This document shows, in pieces, positions 62,161-64,000 of a stretch of DNA of 64,000 nucleotides (positions are counted from its first letter, which is position 1; the number at the start of each line of letters is the position of its first letter). Made by a program: the position numbers and the translations under genes. Location: the NCBI GenBank assembly GCA_002104945.1, contig MCFH01000021.1:620001-684000 (forward strand), in the 5' to 3' direction. Below the pieces are notes generated by a model that made no database searches, had not been told where the DNA came from, and saw only the letters and a program-made list of their open reading frames with translations. Source of the DNA: Piromyces finnis finn (taxonomy: Eukaryota; Fungi; Neocallimastigomycota).

Positions 62161-63393
62161 TTAAAATGATACCTTTTTAGAATAATTGTATTGTTATAAG
62201 ATATAGAATTAATAATATAAATGTAGTTAATTTTAATTACTAATTATCCTTATTTTTTAAAAATATTAATATACTATTAATTTAATAAATTTCTTTGATG
62301 TAATAATATAAATGTAATGATTATTCAATAAAACCATTAATATTTAAACTTTTTTTTTTGGCTAATAACAATGTTTTTTTTTTTTTTTTTTGAACTTTTA
62401 ATGAAATTTGATGAATGTATTATAAAAAAATTTTTTAAAATTAAAAATTTAAAAAAAAAAAAAAAAAAAGAATAATGTATATAACGTATTTTAGTAATTT
62501 TAATTAAAAGAATGAAAAAGTAACAAGATCAAAATCCAATTTATCGGGAGACAAATTATAACAGATTATGGTTGCCCTAACCAAAATATATTAAAAAGTT
62601 TACGTTAACTGTCAAAAATATATATATATATTTAGCTAAAGTTTCTGGTTTAGTTTTATTAAAACATTTTGATTCATAAGGAAATTTAAGTTTTTTTTTT
62701 TTTTTTTTTTTTTGAGTAAATTAAAATGCTTATTCATATTTAGAATTATAATTATCATCTTCATATTTAATACCAATATTACCATTATTGTTATTTTTTC
62801 TATTTCTAAAATTAATAAATCTTAAATATTAATAATACATAATAATTTAAAAAAAAAATATTTTATTTTAGACTTAAATTATAATTTTAATTTTTTTTTT
62901 TTATTTAATTTTATTTTATTTTATTTTATATAAATAACATTTTTAATTATTATTTCTTTAAAACTTTTTTTTTTTAAAAAAATTAACATCTATTTAATAA
63001 AATCATCATTTAGATTTTTAATAATTTAAATATATATTGGAGTTTTTTTTTTTTTTTTTTTTTTTTTTGATTTTGTAGGTTTAAATTAAAAGATAAATTA
63101 AAAAATTTTTATAATTTTATTTTATATATATTCTTTATAAATTTGATTAGTATTCATATATTTTACTGAAATATTTAATTTTTCTATGAATTATTTAATT
63201 ATTAATTTTTGTTTGTTAATTATATTAAAATACTGATTTCTTTATTGAAGCTCAATTATTTTCTTCTTTTTCTTTTTTTATAAAGTTCATCTTGTAGTCT
63301 TATAATTTCTAAATTTTCTTTTAAATTATAACTAAATTTGTTCTTCATTCATGGTAATTTGTTTTTATTTTATGGAATAATAAATTAATTAAA

Positions 63394-64000
63394 TTAGTAT
63401 TCCCAGTTGTGTGAATCACCGTAGAGGAAGGAAACACTTTCACCATTATGAATTCTTCTTATTACTTCAGCGAACATAGAAGCGAAATCAAGAACCTTAA
63501 TTTTTGGACATTTTTCAACATGTTCTTCTTGTGGAATAGTGTTACCAACGATAACTTCATCAATGAAACTTTCATTAAGAAGGGTAAGAGCATCACCAGA
63601 TAAAATGGCGTGTGGAGCTACAGCGTAAATTCTCTTAGCACCTTGTTCATGTAAAAGCTTAGCAGCCTTAGTAATAGTATTAGCAGTATCAACAATATCA
63701 TCAAATAAAATACAAGTTTTGTCCTTAACATTACCAACAAGTTGCATATTATCCTTGTTCTTACGATCTTTGTGAATTAAACCAATAGAGGTGTTAAGAA
63801 TTTCACTAAGAGCAGTAGCTCTCTTGGCACCTCCAGCATCTGGAGAAACAATGATAGCATCCTTGTAATCTGGAATGTTATCTCTGATATATTTAGCAAT
63901 TAAAGGTTGACTAGTTAAATTATCAACTGGAATATCAAAGAAACCTTGGAATTGTGGATCATGAAGATCAAGAGTAATGATTTGATCAGCACCTATCATT
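63394..64000 (-). CDS. Ribose-phosphate pyrophosphokinase (PRPP synthetase), C-terminal part; 5' portion lies outside the window
   Basis: Motifs ITLDLHDPQFQGFFDIPVDNL, IVSPDAGGAKRA, ILFDDIVDTANT, RRIHNGESVSFL. Confidence 0.95.
   Translation of the reverse strand, partial: MIGADQIITLDLHDPQFQGFFDIPVDNLTSQPLIAKYIRDNIPDYKDAIIVSPDAGGAKRATALSEILNTSIGLIHKDRKNKDNMQLVGNVKDKTCILFDDIVDTANTITKAAKLLHEQGAKRIYAVAPHAILSGDALTLLNESFIDEVIVGNTIPQEEHVEKCPKIKVLDFASMFAEVIRRIHNGESVSFLYGDSHNWEY

Noticed and set aside
62540-62590. CCCTAACC telomere-like word, and CGGGAGACA shared with about 19948
   Set aside because: Single occurrences with no array or structural context.

Overview
Extremely AT-rich eukaryotic DNA with short AT-rich GT-AG introns and Neocallimastix-type xylanases, most consistent with an anaerobic gut fungus (Neocallimastigomycota; inferred, not searched). 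The left half (about 3-34 kb) holds an intronless DHA2-type MFS transporter and a GH11 xylanase with a 41-unit heptapeptide linker and CBM1. These sit among two clusters of a single-ORF, poly(A)-tailed LINE (APE endonuclease, RT, CCHC). Two copies are full length: A at 5526-11250, with an early nonsense codon, and C at 27054-32759, with an intact 1508-aa ORF. Target-site duplications show that this LINE has repeatedly inserted into the 3' end of older copies of itself, in both clusters. Its 5' end carries two 124-bp strongly base-paired monomers and a canonical intron signal set, and its ORF starts with a putative RRM. The right half (35-64 kb) is mostly intron-rich core genes: LSM7, NUP98-NUP96, a probable SLF2/Nse6-like protein, a KAR5/GEX1/Brambleberry-like nuclear-fusion protein, WDR44-like, RRP8 and a PRS gene cut by the window edge, plus an intronless GH10 xylanase with CBM1. 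I saw no rRNA, tRNA or CRISPR. All family assignments come from motif recognition by eye.
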